DNA of 64,000 nucleotides from an uncultured Candidatus Micrarchaeota archaeon (GTDB lineage: Archaea; Micrarchaeota; Micrarchaeia; Anstonellales; Bilamarchaeaceae): NCBI GenBank assembly GCA_963714085.1, contig OY970229.1, positions 546,595-610,594 on the forward strand. Direction: 5' to 3'. Of the stretch, positions 1 through 9,864 are shown one piece after another (positions within the stretch are counted from its first letter, which is position 1; each line of letters starts with the position of its first letter). The notes below the pieces were generated by a model that ran no database searches, was not told the origin of the DNA, and saw only the letters and a list, made by a program, of their open reading frames with translations. The position numbers were made by a program, and so were the translations under genes.

Positions 1-69
1 GCCGCGAAGACAGTGAGGAAGCAGGGTGTGAAGTTCAGCGACTGGTCCTACGACAACAGCAAGAATTGA
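1..69 (+). CDS. 3' end of a gene truncated by the window edge
   Basis: Frame 1 reads AAKTVRKQGVKFSDWSYDNSKN-stop with host-like codons, converging on purM. Confidence 0.55.
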   Translation, partial: AAKTVRKQGVKFSDWSYDNSKN

Positions 70-84
70 CAGCTTCCGGGCCGC

Positions 85-1071
85 TCAGATGGTCAAATCC
101 ATCTCTTTCTTCCCGTCGCTGAGCCATATGCCCTTCTTGTCAGTGACCGCGCCGATGACCCGGGCCGGCACGCCGTGCTTCTTCGCGATGTTCATCACCG
201 TGCCCTCGGCGTCCGGCGGCGCTATGACCACCATGCCGATGCCCATGTTGAACGTCCTGTGCATGTCCGAAAAATCCGGGACCTTCTCGCGGAGCGCCTC
301 GAATATCGGCGCCGGCGCGGGCAGCTGGTCTATGCGGTAGCCCACGTCCTTGTTCAGCCGGTTTATCTTGGAGAACGCCCCTCCGGTGATGTGCGCGAGG
401 CCGTGCACCTCCGAGGCGTCTATCATCTCCAGCACCGCGCTGCAGTATATCCTCGTGGGCACGAGCATCTCCTTGCCCCACTTCTTGATATCCAGCGCCT
501 TGCGGGCCAGGCTGTAGCCGTTGGAATGCAGTCCCGAGCTCTCCAGGCCTATGATGATGTCGTCCTTCCTGACCTGGTCGCCGAGTATCTTCTTCTTCAC
601 GCGGCCGACGACCGTGAACGTGAGGTCGAAGGGCTTCTTGCCGCCCTTTATGATGTCGGGTATCAGCGCGGTCTCGCCCCCCACGATGGCGCAGCTGGAT
701 TCCTCTGCGCCCTTGACCAGGCCCTTCATGAGCTCGTCCACGAGCCAGTCGTCCTCCTCCGCCAAGGCGATGTAGTCGACGCCCACCAGCGGCTCGGCGC
801 CCACGCAGAGTATGTCATTTACAGACATGGCAATCGCGTCTATGCCGACCGTGTCGTACTTGCCCATCTCCTGGGCCACGAGAAGCTTGGTGCCGACCCC
901 GTCGGTGTGGATGACCAGGTCCTCCACGCCGCAGCGGAACAGACCGCCGTAGTGGCCGAACACCGGAAGCGCCTCGCCGTAGCCCTTCCTGAACGAGAAT
1001 GTCGACTTTATCCTGCCCCAGATGCTGGCCTGTATCTTCCTGACGTGGCCGACATTGATATCGTATTTCAT
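85..1071 (-). CDS. purM: Phosphoribosylformylglycinamidine cyclo-ligase (AIR synthase)
   Basis: Motifs TDGVGTKL, AMSVNDI, GGETA, SSGLHSNGYSL, HITGG, TFNMGIG; start moved to ATG 1071 (MKYDINV). Confidence 0.96.
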   Translation of the reverse strand: MKYDINVGHVRKIQASIWGRIKSTFSFRKGYGEALPVFGHYGGLFRCGVEDLVIHTDGVGTKLLVAQEMGKYDTVGIDAIAMSVNDILCVGAEPLVGVDYIALAEEDDWLVDELMKGLVKGAEESSCAIVGGETALIPDIIKGGKKPFDLTFTVVGRVKKKILGDQVRKDDIIIGLESSGLHSNGYSLARKALDIKKWGKEMLVPTRIYCSAVLEMIDASEVHGLAHITGGAFSKINRLNKDVGYRIDQLPAPAPIFEALREKVPDFSDMHRTFNMGIGMVVIAPPDAEGTVMNIAKKHGVPARVIGAVTDKKGIWLSDGKKEMDLTI

Positions 1072-1127
1072 AGTATGGACTTTGCCGGGATACATATTTA
1101 ATAATACTAGCGGCTCTATCAATCCCC

Positions 1128-1547
1128 ATGAAGATGGGCGACGCTTTCCGCAACTTTGCGCAGCGTGTTCTGGACGCGGCCGGCAGGGGCGGACTCCCGA
1201 AGCTGGAGCAGAAAAAACTGGACCACCTGCTCTCACGCACAGGGAAGAGGAACGCGATACTAGCCAAGGGCATCCTCACAGCCCTGGACGCTGGAGGCGC
1301 GACCAAGGATGACATCGCTAGGCTTAGCGGGATGCTGGCCGCCGCGAACGAGCGCATCCTCGACGACAAGGAGCCGTTCACATCCAAGGAGAAGACACAG
1401 CTTACCGACATATTCCGCAGGGCGTACATACCCATGAAGACGACCGGCTGGTTCTCCAGCCATATAGACGAACTACTGGCAGAGCAGATAAAGGACGAGA
1501 TAAGCGCCGGGCGGAGCGCGAGCGTCCCGAAGAAGCTCAAGGCCTGA
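1128..1547 (+). CDS. Hypothetical helical protein, 139 aa
   Basis: ORF with host codon usage behind an AT-rich divergent promoter; no recognised motif. Confidence 0.7.
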   Translation: MKMGDAFRNFAQRVLDAAGRGGLPKLEQKKLDHLLSRTGKRNAILAKGILTALDAGGATKDDIARLSGMLAAANERILDDKEPFTSKEKTQLTDIFRRAYIPMKTTGWFSSHIDELLAEQIKDEISAGRSASVPKKLKA

Positions 1548-1562
1548 TTTGAGGGACCCTGC

Positions 1563-2105
1563 ATGAAAATCAAGCTCACACCCGAGCTCTCCTACATAAT
1601 CGGATTCTGGCGCAAGAGACGCACCTTCGAGGGCATCGGCATAAAAGGCGACGGGCAGCAGCTCGAGGTCTTCACCAAGGAGGTGCTGGACAAGGGTCTG
1701 ACCACCCCGGACAAGCTGCTCACCGAGGACGAGAGGGTCTGGTTCTTCCACAGTGCGTACCGCAGGTTCTTCCAGGACATAGAGAAGGAGGAGCTGGAGA
1801 GGTTCCGGTACCTCAACGAGTACGCAGCCAACTACCTGGGTGGGACGTTCGACTCCGTGGGCGGCATAGACGAGAAGGGCATCGTCTTCATCGAGAGGGC
1901 GAACAAGCAGGACGAGATGCTGCTAATCCGGCTCGGGTTCGGCTCGCGCTGGCAGAAGGAGCGCCTCGCCATAGAGAAGCCCAAGGCGTTCCTTGCCTTC
2001 ATAAAGAACTACGTCAAGATCTTCGCAGGGCACAAGATATTCGAATACTTGAAGGAGAACGGCTCCAAAACGAGGAGACGGAAAGCGGCCGACGCTACTA
2101 ATTAA
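1563..2105 (+). CDS. Stand-alone degenerate LAGLIDADG/DOD-endonuclease-like protein
   Basis: LTPELSYIIGF (block C-like) and YLGGTFDSVG (block E-like), followed by LLIRLGF and FLAFI. Confidence 0.7.
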   Translation: MKIKLTPELSYIIGFWRKRRTFEGIGIKGDGQQLEVFTKEVLDKGLTTPDKLLTEDERVWFFHSAYRRFFQDIEKEELERFRYLNEYAANYLGGTFDSVGGIDEKGIVFIERANKQDEMLLIRLGFGSRWQKERLAIEKPKAFLAFIKNYVKIFAGHKIFEYLKENGSKTRRRKAADATN

Positions 2106-2160
2106 AACTGACTAGTATATTATTCCCCCGCCATTCGGGCATTTTGCGGGTGCATTTGTT

Positions 2161-4038
2161 ATGAGGATACTCACAGTCCACGCCGACTACATGGAGGTCG
2201 AACCGCTCACCAAGGCGATAAAGTCAGCGGAGCAGATAGAGAAGGGGAAGCAGCGCTATGACGAGGTCCTCGTGGTATTCACCGCGGTGGAGAAGGGGGA
2301 CGAGAACGTCGGCGCGATAGCCCAGAAGCTGGCGAAGGAGGTCGAAGCCGTCGCGAAGCAGGTGAAGGTGGGCAGCTTACTCCTCTACCCGCTCGTCCAT
2401 CTCACATCCAACCCCTCGGATCCGGCCACGGCCCAGAAGGTAATCGAGAAGGCCGAGGAGCTGCTGAAGAACAGGGAATACAAGGTCGCGCATGCGCCCT
2501 TCGGATGGTACAAGGGCTACACGCTAAAATGCAAGGGCCACCCTCTGAGCGAGCTGAGCCGTGAGCTCAAGGCTTCCGGAGACGAGGGCGAGATAAAGGA
2601 GGAGAGGAAACCCGGAGAGATCGTGTCCGAGAGCCTCAAAAACGAGGAGAAGATGAAAAGCAGGTTCTACATAATGGACCTGGACGGCAAGCTCCACGAC
2701 CCGGACAAGTTCGATTACGGTGCGCATGAGGGCCTGAGGAAGTTCGCGCAGTACGAGACCAAGAAGGTGCGCGCCTACGAGAAGGAGCCGCCGCACATAA
2801 AGATAATGAAGGCCCACTCGCTCATCGACTACGAGCCGGGCTCTGATTCCGGGAACTTCAGGTTCCTGCCCAAGGGCAGGCTCATAAAGAAGCTGCTCGA
2901 GAACGCGATAACCGATTACTGCGTGGGGTGCGGCGCCATGGAGGTGGAGACGCCAATCATGTACGACATGGCCCACCCGACGCTCAAGAAGTACCTTGAC
3001 CGCTTCCCCGCGAGACAGTACACGGTGCTCAGCGACGAGAAGAAGCTGTTCCTGAGGTTCGCCGCCTGCTTCGGGCAGTTCCTCATAGCCCACGACATGG
3101 TGATATCCCACAGGCACATGCCGCTGCGGATGTTCGAGCTCACGAAGTACTCCTTCAGGAGGGAACAGGGCGGCGAGCTGGCCGGCCTCAAGAGGCTGAG
3201 GGCGTTCACCATGCCGGACATGCACACGCTCACCGTGGACATGGAAGGCGCCAAGACCGAGTTCTGGAAGCAGCTGGAGATGAGCCTGCGATGGAACCAG
3301 GACCTTGACCTGGAGACCGAGGTGGGCTTCAGGATACTGGAGGACTTCTACGAGAAGAACAAGGACTGGTACCTGGGCATGGTCAAGAAGGTAGGCAAGC
3401 CGGTGCTGGTGGAGATGTTCAGCGAGAGGTACGCCTATTTCATCACGAAGTTCGAGTTCAACTTCGTGGACTCCATGCACAAGGCGAGCGCGCTCTCCAC
3501 GGTGCAGATAGACGTGGAGAACGCGGACACGTATGACATCAGCTACGTAGACGACAAGGGCGAGAAGAAGAGGCCGCTGATACTTCACGCATCGCTGAGC
3601 GGCTCGCTCGAGAGGGTGATATACGCGCTGCTGGAGAGGGAGGCCATGAGGATAGAGCAGGGAAAGAAGCCCGTTCTGCCCGTATGGCTCGCCCCGACGC
3701 AGCTGAGGCTCATACCGGTCAGCGACGTCCAGAAGGAGTACTGCGAGAAGCTCCTCGGGCAGCTCAAGGGTAAGCGCGTGCGCATAGACCTGGACGAGCG
3801 AAACGAGACACTTGGCAAGAAGATCAGGGACGCGGAGCACGAATGGGTCCCCTACATCGCGGTCATAGGAGAGAACGAGATAAAATCCGGGATGCTCAAT
3901 GTGCGGGTGCGCACGAGCGGGGAGAAGAAGGACTACAGGTTCGAGGAGCTCGTCTCTGAGATAGAGAAGCTCAGCGACGGCAAACCGTTCGAGCTGCTCT
4001 CGCTGAGCCCGTACATGTCCAAAAGGCCAGTGATATAG
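2161..4038 (+). CDS. thrS: Threonyl-tRNA synthetase, archaeal type with N-terminal editing domain
   Basis: MRILTVHADY start, APFGWYK, CKGHPLSELSR, LRFAACFG, FRREQ, FTMPDMH, LHASLSGSLER. Confidence 0.97.
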   Translation: MRILTVHADYMEVEPLTKAIKSAEQIEKGKQRYDEVLVVFTAVEKGDENVGAIAQKLAKEVEAVAKQVKVGSLLLYPLVHLTSNPSDPATAQKVIEKAEELLKNREYKVAHAPFGWYKGYTLKCKGHPLSELSRELKASGDEGEIKEERKPGEIVSESLKNEEKMKSRFYIMDLDGKLHDPDKFDYGAHEGLRKFAQYETKKVRAYEKEPPHIKIMKAHSLIDYEPGSDSGNFRFLPKGRLIKKLLENAITDYCVGCGAMEVETPIMYDMAHPTLKKYLDRFPARQYTVLSDEKKLFLRFAACFGQFLIAHDMVISHRHMPLRMFELTKYSFRREQGGELAGLKRLRAFTMPDMHTLTVDMEGAKTEFWKQLEMSLRWNQDLDLETEVGFRILEDFYEKNKDWYLGMVKKVGKPVLVEMFSERYAYFITKFEFNFVDSMHKASALSTVQIDVENADTYDISYVDDKGEKKRPLILHASLSGSLERVIYALLEREAMRIEQGKKPVLPVWLAPTQLRLIPVSDVQKEYCEKLLGQLKGKRVRIDLDERNETLGKKIRDAEHEWVPYIAVIGENEIKSGMLNVRVRTSGEKKDYRFEELVSEIEKLSDGKPFELLSLSPYMSKRPVI

Positions 4039-5922
4039 ATGCATGGCCCTCTGGAAGCTGCGAAAGCCGCTGCAGCACCCGGAAAGGATGTGCGGCGCCG
4101 CGAATTCCCCGTGCCGTCAAAGGCCGTGGAGACGTACCAGGTGCTCGGGAGGACGCTGACCACGTCCGTATCCCGAGGCATGACCGAGGAACAGGCCCTC
4201 ATAAAGGCGGTCGAAGAGAACCACGGCAAGGTATTCCGCAAATTCTACCAACAGTTCAACAAATACGAGATCGTGGCGATCGTCTTCCCGGATGCTGCGC
4301 TGGTGAAGAACGACCCGGAGTTCATCGCTACCCAGGATTTCTCCTCTTTCGGGGAGCAGGCGGAACGCATAAGGCGCATGACCATAAAGGAAGCGATGGA
4401 GTCGAAAGGAGGCGTGCACGCCTTCGACGGCAAGGCAGGCATACCTGTCCTGAAGGAGGATAACGGCGGGCTCGTGTTCCTTAGCATGGACGAGATGCTC
4501 GCCAGCGGTGGAAGGATAATGCATATCACGGTGGTCGACACGAACATCGACCCGAAGAACCTGGAGCAGTTCAGGGAAGGCGCACGGGCGCTGCGGACTG
4601 GGGACCGTGCCGCTCTCGAGAGGCTTACGAAGGCCGCTGGAGCGCACACGCAAACCAGGGAGAAGAGCATAGAGCCGCTAGCCACTTATACGGTGCTGGA
4701 TGCGATAACCGGCGAGGAGATGGGCGCCGCTGCGCTGAACTCGAAACTCGGCCGCGCATTGGAGGTCGCGCCCAGGGACGTCTTTGTCCCGGAGAACGTG
4801 CTCATAAACAAGTTCGTGGCGGACGCGGCGCGGTTGGAACCTGTCCGCACCGGACTGGCGCCGTGGGAGATGTTCTATATCGTCCCGAAGGGGCCGGACG
4901 ACGATTCGGACAGGCGCTTCGCTACGAAGGTCTACAGCGTGTGCAGGTTCGGCCAATCTCAGGAAGAGGCGCATGACGCCCCCATGGAACGGCAGGGGGC
5001 TGAAAAGCAGTTCGTGAGCCAGACCGCTGTTTTCGATGCTTTCCCGGCGGTCGCGGCGACGGATGCTGAAGGGGAGAGACCGCCCCTAGCCCAGCACCCC
5101 CAGGCGATGATGTTCGACGGCTTCGCCCCTGTGCCGAAGCCCGAAGCCGTTCCCGTACCGGCTAAGGAAAGGACTCCGAAGGAGAGGAAATCCGCCCCTG
5201 CGGAGCCCGTGCAGACCATAACCCGCGCAGATTTCGAAAGGCACGTGATAGTCCCTAAAGCAGAGACCATAATCGCAGCCCCGGGAACTGCAATCCCGAA
5301 GGCAAACTACGGTGAACGGAATCCCCTCGTGCAGGTGATACCGGTCCAGGATAGGCGGGACGAAAGAGATGAGACGCTCCCTGGCCCGCCCCACCCTCCG
5401 AAAAGGAGAAGACGGAGAAGGAATGAAAAAACGACGGAACGGAGCCCGGCCTTCGTTCCAGAGCGCCAGGAACGCAGGAAGAGCCGGGATGGCAGGAACG
5501 AAAGAATAAACAGAAAGCATAGAAAAACCAAAAGCCCGAAGCTCCAGGATTCGCAAAAGATCGATGCGCCAAAAAAAGCAAAGCGTAAACCCGCCGAAAG
5601 GAAAAAGGAGAAAACCGCAGGAACCGGCATTGGACCGAAGCGGGCTGCCATCGAGGCGAACAAGGCAAGAAGCGCCATCTCGGCGAAGCGGCCCGCGCCG
5701 CGGCCAAAAGCGGACCGCCCCCCTTGCATGAAAGAAAAGAGGCCCGAATCGCGTGCCAGAGCCGACCGTGTTTCTTATCCTAAGGCAAAAACCGGCAGCA
5801 GCCGGAGAGTGCCTGAAAGGAGGATGAAGAATCGGAAGAGGCGCGTGCTGCGCGAGCTTCTTCCGGCCTTCATTTCACGAAGAGCCAGGGCAGCAGGTTC
5901 ATCAGGAAGGCGGCGAGCGTGA
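4039..5922 (+). CDS. Hypothetical protein, globular N-half and long Pro/Lys/Arg-rich low-complexity tail
   Basis: 627-aa ORF starting right after the thrS stop; 53-bp convergent overlap with the next gene. Confidence 0.7.
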   Translation: MHGPLEAAKAAAAPGKDVRRREFPVPSKAVETYQVLGRTLTTSVSRGMTEEQALIKAVEENHGKVFRKFYQQFNKYEIVAIVFPDAALVKNDPEFIATQDFSSFGEQAERIRRMTIKEAMESKGGVHAFDGKAGIPVLKEDNGGLVFLSMDEMLASGGRIMHITVVDTNIDPKNLEQFREGARALRTGDRAALERLTKAAGAHTQTREKSIEPLATYTVLDAITGEEMGAAALNSKLGRALEVAPRDVFVPENVLINKFVADAARLEPVRTGLAPWEMFYIVPKGPDDDSDRRFATKVYSVCRFGQSQEEAHDAPMERQGAEKQFVSQTAVFDAFPAVAATDAEGERPPLAQHPQAMMFDGFAPVPKPEAVPVPAKERTPKERKSAPAEPVQTITRADFERHVIVPKAETIIAAPGTAIPKANYGERNPLVQVIPVQDRRDERDETLPGPPHPPKRRRRRRNEKTTERSPAFVPERQERRKSRDGRNERINRKHRKTKSPKLQDSQKIDAPKKAKRKPAERKKEKTAGTGIGPKRAAIEANKARSAISAKRPAPRPKADRPPCMKEKRPESRARADRVSYPKAKTGSSRRVPERRMKNRKRRVLRELLPAFISRRARAAGSSGRRRA

Positions 5923-7030
5923 GTATCATGAGCGCCTTCACGAAATTCTTGTTCTTCATGTTCACGTCTATCACCCTGTAGCCGTCGAAGAAAGGCAGCG
6001 GCAGCAGGTTGACGGACCCGATAACGAAATTCAGGGCGAACGCCAGGCCGAGCACCAGGAGGATGGAGAGGGCGATGGACGGCGAGCTGAGCGAGAGCAC
6101 TATGCCCAGATTATGCAGTATCGTCGCGTAGAGCACGAACAGCACGAAGAAGAACAGCGACGCCATGAGGTTGGAGGTCGAGCCGGCCACGAGCACCCGG
6201 GTCTGGGCGACCTTCTCGGCCTTCTCGAGCTTGCCCTCGTCCGGCTCCACGAACGCGCCTATGGGTATCACCCCGAAGAGCACGATGCCGCTGGAGAGCA
6301 AGGGGACGCGCGCCAGCCTGCTCAGTATGGCGTGGGAGTACTCGTGCACGGCCATTATTATCACGAGAGCGACTATGCCCTCGAAGAACGGCAGGTTCAC
6401 GCCCGGCAGGAGCAATGTCGCGCCGGGGCTGGTGGACGCCATGGCATTGCTGCCGGACAGCACCGTGCTGAAGAACGCGGAGAGAACGACCAGGCCGTAG
6501 TAGAGGAGCCCGACCAGGAGGAGCAGGAAGAAGCCGCCGAGCACCAGCGCGACGGTCCCGATGATCGAGATGATCGATGCCGCGGGCGAAACGCCCATCT
6601 GCTGCTGCGCCTTCTGCATCACGCTGAGCTTGAGGATCTCGGTGAAGAAGGGCAGCACGGACGGGGCCACGAAGAACGATATCAGGAAAAGGAGGCACAT
6701 GCCGCAGATCACGGACTTAGGGGACACGTTGCCCCTCATCAGCGGGATGCTGAGCAGGCCGTAGGACATGGTGGTTCCGGTGTCGGAGTAGAACTTCCAG
6801 AAGCCGGCGCTCTTGGCCAGGTCGTCTATGAAATCCAACCCTTTCTGCGACCTCAGCAGTATGAGGCCCCACTCGCCGTCGAACCCGAATCTGCTGATTA
6901 GCAGCTGGCCGGTCGCGAGCATCTCGACCGCGCAGAGCGCGAACTTCCAGAGCCCGGGCACCGGGAGCTGCAGGATGAGGTAGAAAAGCGCGAATGCGAG
7001 TATCACCACTAATGCCACTAGTTTGTTCAT
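5870..7030 (-). CDS. Site-2 protease family (M50) membrane metalloprotease
   Basis: HEYSH, GAFVEPD, AGSTSN and NLLPLPFFDG motifs; multiple TM segments. Confidence 0.93.
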   Translation of the reverse strand: MNKLVALVVILAFALFYLILQLPVPGLWKFALCAVEMLATGQLLISRFGFDGEWGLILLRSQKGLDFIDDLAKSAGFWKFYSDTGTTMSYGLLSIPLMRGNVSPKSVICGMCLLFLISFFVAPSVLPFFTEILKLSVMQKAQQQMGVSPAASIISIIGTVALVLGGFFLLLLVGLLYYGLVVLSAFFSTVLSGSNAMASTSPGATLLLPGVNLPFFEGIVALVIIMAVHEYSHAILSRLARVPLLSSGIVLFGVIPIGAFVEPDEGKLEKAEKVAQTRVLVAGSTSNLMASLFFFVLFVLYATILHNLGIVLSLSSPSIALSILLVLGLAFALNFVIGSVNLLPLPFFDGYRVIDVNMKNKNFVKALMILTLAAFLMNLLPWLFVK

Positions 7031-7083
7031 GGTTACCCCTTACGCCGACGGGGTTTAAATAAATTTGGAATCAATAAAGCGTC

Positions 7084-7572
7084 ATGAAGCTCAGCTGCGA
7101 CATCTGCGGCAGGCCCGATGCCAGGGCGGTCATCCTCATAGAAGGCGCGAAGATGGTAGCCTGCGGAGGCTGCATGCGCAATGGCAAGGTCCTCTACAGG
7201 CTCGGCGACGACGCGGAAGAGGAGGCGGACCCGCGCTCGCTCCCAGTCAGGAGCTCGCCCATGGACGAGAGCGAGGAGCTGGTGGACGGCTGCGGGGCCA
7301 TCGTGAAGAAGGCCAGGGAGCGGATAGGGGTCAAGCTCGCGGTGATAGCAGAGAAGATAAGCGAGAGGGAGAGCTATCTGGACGCCATAGAGAACGGGAG
7401 GATGAAGCCCACGCTCCAGGTCGCCAAGAAGCTCGAGCGGGAACTGGGCGTGAAGCTTGTCGAGAAGATGTCCCAGGAGACCGTCTCGTCATCGGACAGG
7501 CCGTCCGGGAAATTCAGCGAACCGACCCTCGGCGACGTGGTCGTGCAAGCCAAGAAGAAGAAAGGGAAATGA
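7084..7572 (+). CDS. mbf1: Archaeal multiprotein bridging factor 1 (Zn ribbon + HTH)
   Basis: CDICG...IEGA..ACGGC, HTH with IENG, C-terminal TLGDVV. Confidence 0.92.
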   Translation: MKLSCDICGRPDARAVILIEGAKMVACGGCMRNGKVLYRLGDDAEEEADPRSLPVRSSPMDESEELVDGCGAIVKKARERIGVKLAVIAEKISERESYLDAIENGRMKPTLQVAKKLERELGVKLVEKMSQETVSSSDRPSGKFSEPTLGDVVVQAKKKKGK

Positions 7573-8616
7573 ATGGGCGTAGACCTCGGCGATCTCTGTG
7601 TGAAGCGCGCCATGACGCTCGAATCGCTCTCAGGCAGGGTCATCGCCATAGACGCCTTCAACGTGTTATACCAGTTCCTCGCGTCCATACGGCAGGACGA
7701 CGGGACGCCTTTGATGGACTTCAAGGGCAGGACCACCGCCCACCTCTCAGGACTCTTCTACAGGACCTCCAAGCTCATACAGAACGGCATCCGGCCGGTC
7801 TACGTGTTCGACGGCATGCCAAGCGCGCTCAAGGGCAGGACCCAGGAGGCGCGAGCGGAAGTGAAGCGCAAGGCCGAGGAGAAGTGGAAGCAGGCGCTCG
7901 CTGAGGAGAGGTTCGAGGACGCGAAGAGATACGCGTCCGGAACGTCGAGGCTCACCGGCGCCATGGTGGAGGAGAGCAAAACACTCCTCACGGGCATGGG
8001 CATACCGTGGGTCCAGGCTCCCGGCGAGGGAGAGGCGCAGGCAGCCATGATGGTGCAGAAGGGGCAGGCATATGCGGTCGGGTCCCAGGATTTCGACGCC
8101 CTGCTTTTCGGCTCGCCGGTGCTGGTGCGCAACCTGTCGATAACCGGCAGGAGGAAGGTGCCCAGGCAGGACAGGTATATCATGGTGGAGCCTGAGGAGA
8201 TAAACCTCAGGGAGACGCTGGGAGCGCTGCAGATGGATAGGGAGAAGCTCATCTGGATAGGCATCCTTCTAGGCACGGACTTCAACGAAGGCGTCCCGCG
8301 GGTGGGACCGAAGACCGCGCTGAAGATCGTGAAAGAGGTGGATACATTGGACGCGCTCCGGGCTTATCTCAAGACGAAATACGATTACGAATTCGAGGTC
8401 GAGCCCGAGAAGGTGATGGACATCTTTCTCAGGCCGAACCATGTCGATGTCGCGGAGAACCCGAAGTGGGGCGCGATAAACGAGGCCGAGGTCACCAAGA
8501 TACTTGTGGACGAGCACGACTTCGCGCGCGAGCGCGTGGAGAAGATACTGGCCGACATAAAGCTCTCGTTCAGGGAGAAAGGCGCGCAGAAGAAGCTGGG
8601 CGACTGGTTCGGATAG
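7573..8616 (+). CDS. fen: Flap endonuclease 1
   Basis: AIDAFNVLYQFL, YVFDG, EGEAQ, SQDFD, GTDFN, C-terminal PIP box QKKLGDWF. Confidence 0.97.
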   Translation: MGVDLGDLCVKRAMTLESLSGRVIAIDAFNVLYQFLASIRQDDGTPLMDFKGRTTAHLSGLFYRTSKLIQNGIRPVYVFDGMPSALKGRTQEARAEVKRKAEEKWKQALAEERFEDAKRYASGTSRLTGAMVEESKTLLTGMGIPWVQAPGEGEAQAAMMVQKGQAYAVGSQDFDALLFGSPVLVRNLSITGRRKVPRQDRYIMVEPEEINLRETLGALQMDREKLIWIGILLGTDFNEGVPRVGPKTALKIVKEVDTLDALRAYLKTKYDYEFEVEPEKVMDIFLRPNHVDVAENPKWGAINEAEVTKILVDEHDFARERVEKILADIKLSFREKGAQKKLGDWFG

Positions 8617-8712
8617 ATCGGAGCGGTTTTTCTTATTCTGTGTGTTTGTTTAGCGTGAAATGTAATATGTTTATAAACACTACGTAACATTTTTTATTAC
8701 AGGTGATATGTA

Positions 8713-9168
8713 ATGACGATCAGACAGAGAATGTTAACTGCAACGGTCCTGAGCTCGCTCGCAATCGGCGCGCCGGCGTTGGCTGCTCCAAAATATAAGC
8801 AACCCGCTCCACAGGTTGAAAACGCATTGACAACGAAGTGCAGCGATTTGAAGGTCGGCCAAGAAGGTTATTCCGGAGTTACATGGAGGGCAATGTACAG
8901 CGTAAAGATTACCGGAGTGGAGAAGGCAAACCAGAAAGCGATTTCCGGGGCTACATGGAGGGAAACGGAAGTAGTAATGGTCCCAGGGACGAAAAATAAA
9001 ACAGTAACCGTGTCGGTGAAAATACCCCTAGTTTCTCAGAAACCATCACGCGCTCCTGTTACGACGTATGTAACATTAGATGGAATAAAGATAGAATGCC
9101 AACCGGATAAAACCATGGCTACGGTTATTTCGGAAGCCGCGAATAACGCGCAATCACGTGCGAAGTGA
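8713..9168 (+). CDS. Secreted orphan protein, 151 aa
   Basis: Sec signal peptide ending ALA; GGTGA ribosome-binding site; lower GC than flanks; two Cys; T-rich tract downstream. Confidence 0.75.
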   Translation: MTIRQRMLTATVLSSLAIGAPALAAPKYKQPAPQVENALTTKCSDLKVGQEGYSGVTWRAMYSVKITGVEKANQKAISGATWRETEVVMVPGTKNKTVTVSVKIPLVSQKPSRAPVTTYVTLDGIKIECQPDKTMATVISEAANNAQSRAK

Positions 9169-9208
9169 AAGGCTTTGCAGCGGTGGAACGGGAGGTTTTT
9201 TCTTCTTT

Positions 9209-9811
9209 TCAATGATCGGATAGCTCTATTTCCGACACTCCCTGCCGGACTATCTTCTTCTCCACCAGGTCGACCACCGCGGACGGCCCGCGGTATTTCG
9301 TTACGCCCGAATCTATCGCCAGGTCAACCGAGCTGAGTATCTTGGGGTTTATCTCCTCCAGCCTGGAGGGCGCGTCCTGGCCCGAGACGTTCGCGGATGT
9401 GGATACCACGGGCAGGTCCGCGAGGCCGGAAAGCTCATGGGCGAAGGAATAGTCCGGGATGCGCACGCCTAGCTTGCCTTTGGCCGCAACCGGGACGTGG
9501 TTTTTCACTCTTAGGAGGAACGTGAACGGGCCGGGCAGGTTCTTGTTGAGCACCTCGAGCTGCCACTCGTCCACCTCGCAATAGCGCCTTATCATGGGCA
9601 CGTCTGACATCGTCACGGACATGGGCTTGTCCGACTCGCTGCCCTTGATCTGGCGTATACGGTCCGCGACCTTCTGCGACAATGCGTTGCCGCCCAGGCC
9701 GTATAGAGTGTCTGTCGGGTAGATTATCACTCCCTCTGCCCGTACGACTTTTGCCGTCTTCTGGAGCGCGTCCCGGAAGTGGTACCGGCCTATGCTTATT
9801 ATCTCGACCAT
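9209..9811 (-). CDS. tsaC: Threonylcarbamoyl-AMP synthase (YrdC/TsaC domain only)
   Basis: YPTDTLYGLG, IK.S..DKP, PGPFT, GVRIP, STSANVSG. Confidence 0.93.
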   Translation of the reverse strand: MVEIISIGRYHFRDALQKTAKVVRAEGVIIYPTDTLYGLGGNALSQKVADRIRQIKGSESDKPMSVTMSDVPMIRRYCEVDEWQLEVLNKNLPGPFTFLLRVKNHVPVAAKGKLGVRIPDYSFAHELSGLADLPVVSTSANVSGQDAPSRLEEINPKILSSVDLAIDSGVTKYRGPSAVVDLVEKKIVRQGVSEIELSDH

Positions 9812-9864
9812 ATTATCGGAGTATAGTATTCTCCACCATTTTTAACCTTTTACGTCGTTCTATC

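Noticed and set aside
1563-2105. Intein or intron-encoded active homing endonuclease
   Set aside because: No Cys/Ser-1 or His-Asn splice motifs, no interrupted host gene, and catalytic acids are missing.
2126-2150. Small inverted repeat CCCGC...GCGGG before thrS as a tRNA-mimic operator
   Set aside because: Only 5 bp with no Thr anticodon-like loop; expected by chance.
2524-4044. Long antisense and alternative-frame ORFs (also 42409..44301, 46475..47950, 55578..56765, 19389..20468)
   Set aside because: Shadows of high-GC3 real genes; no motifs, and they fully overlap confident CDSs.
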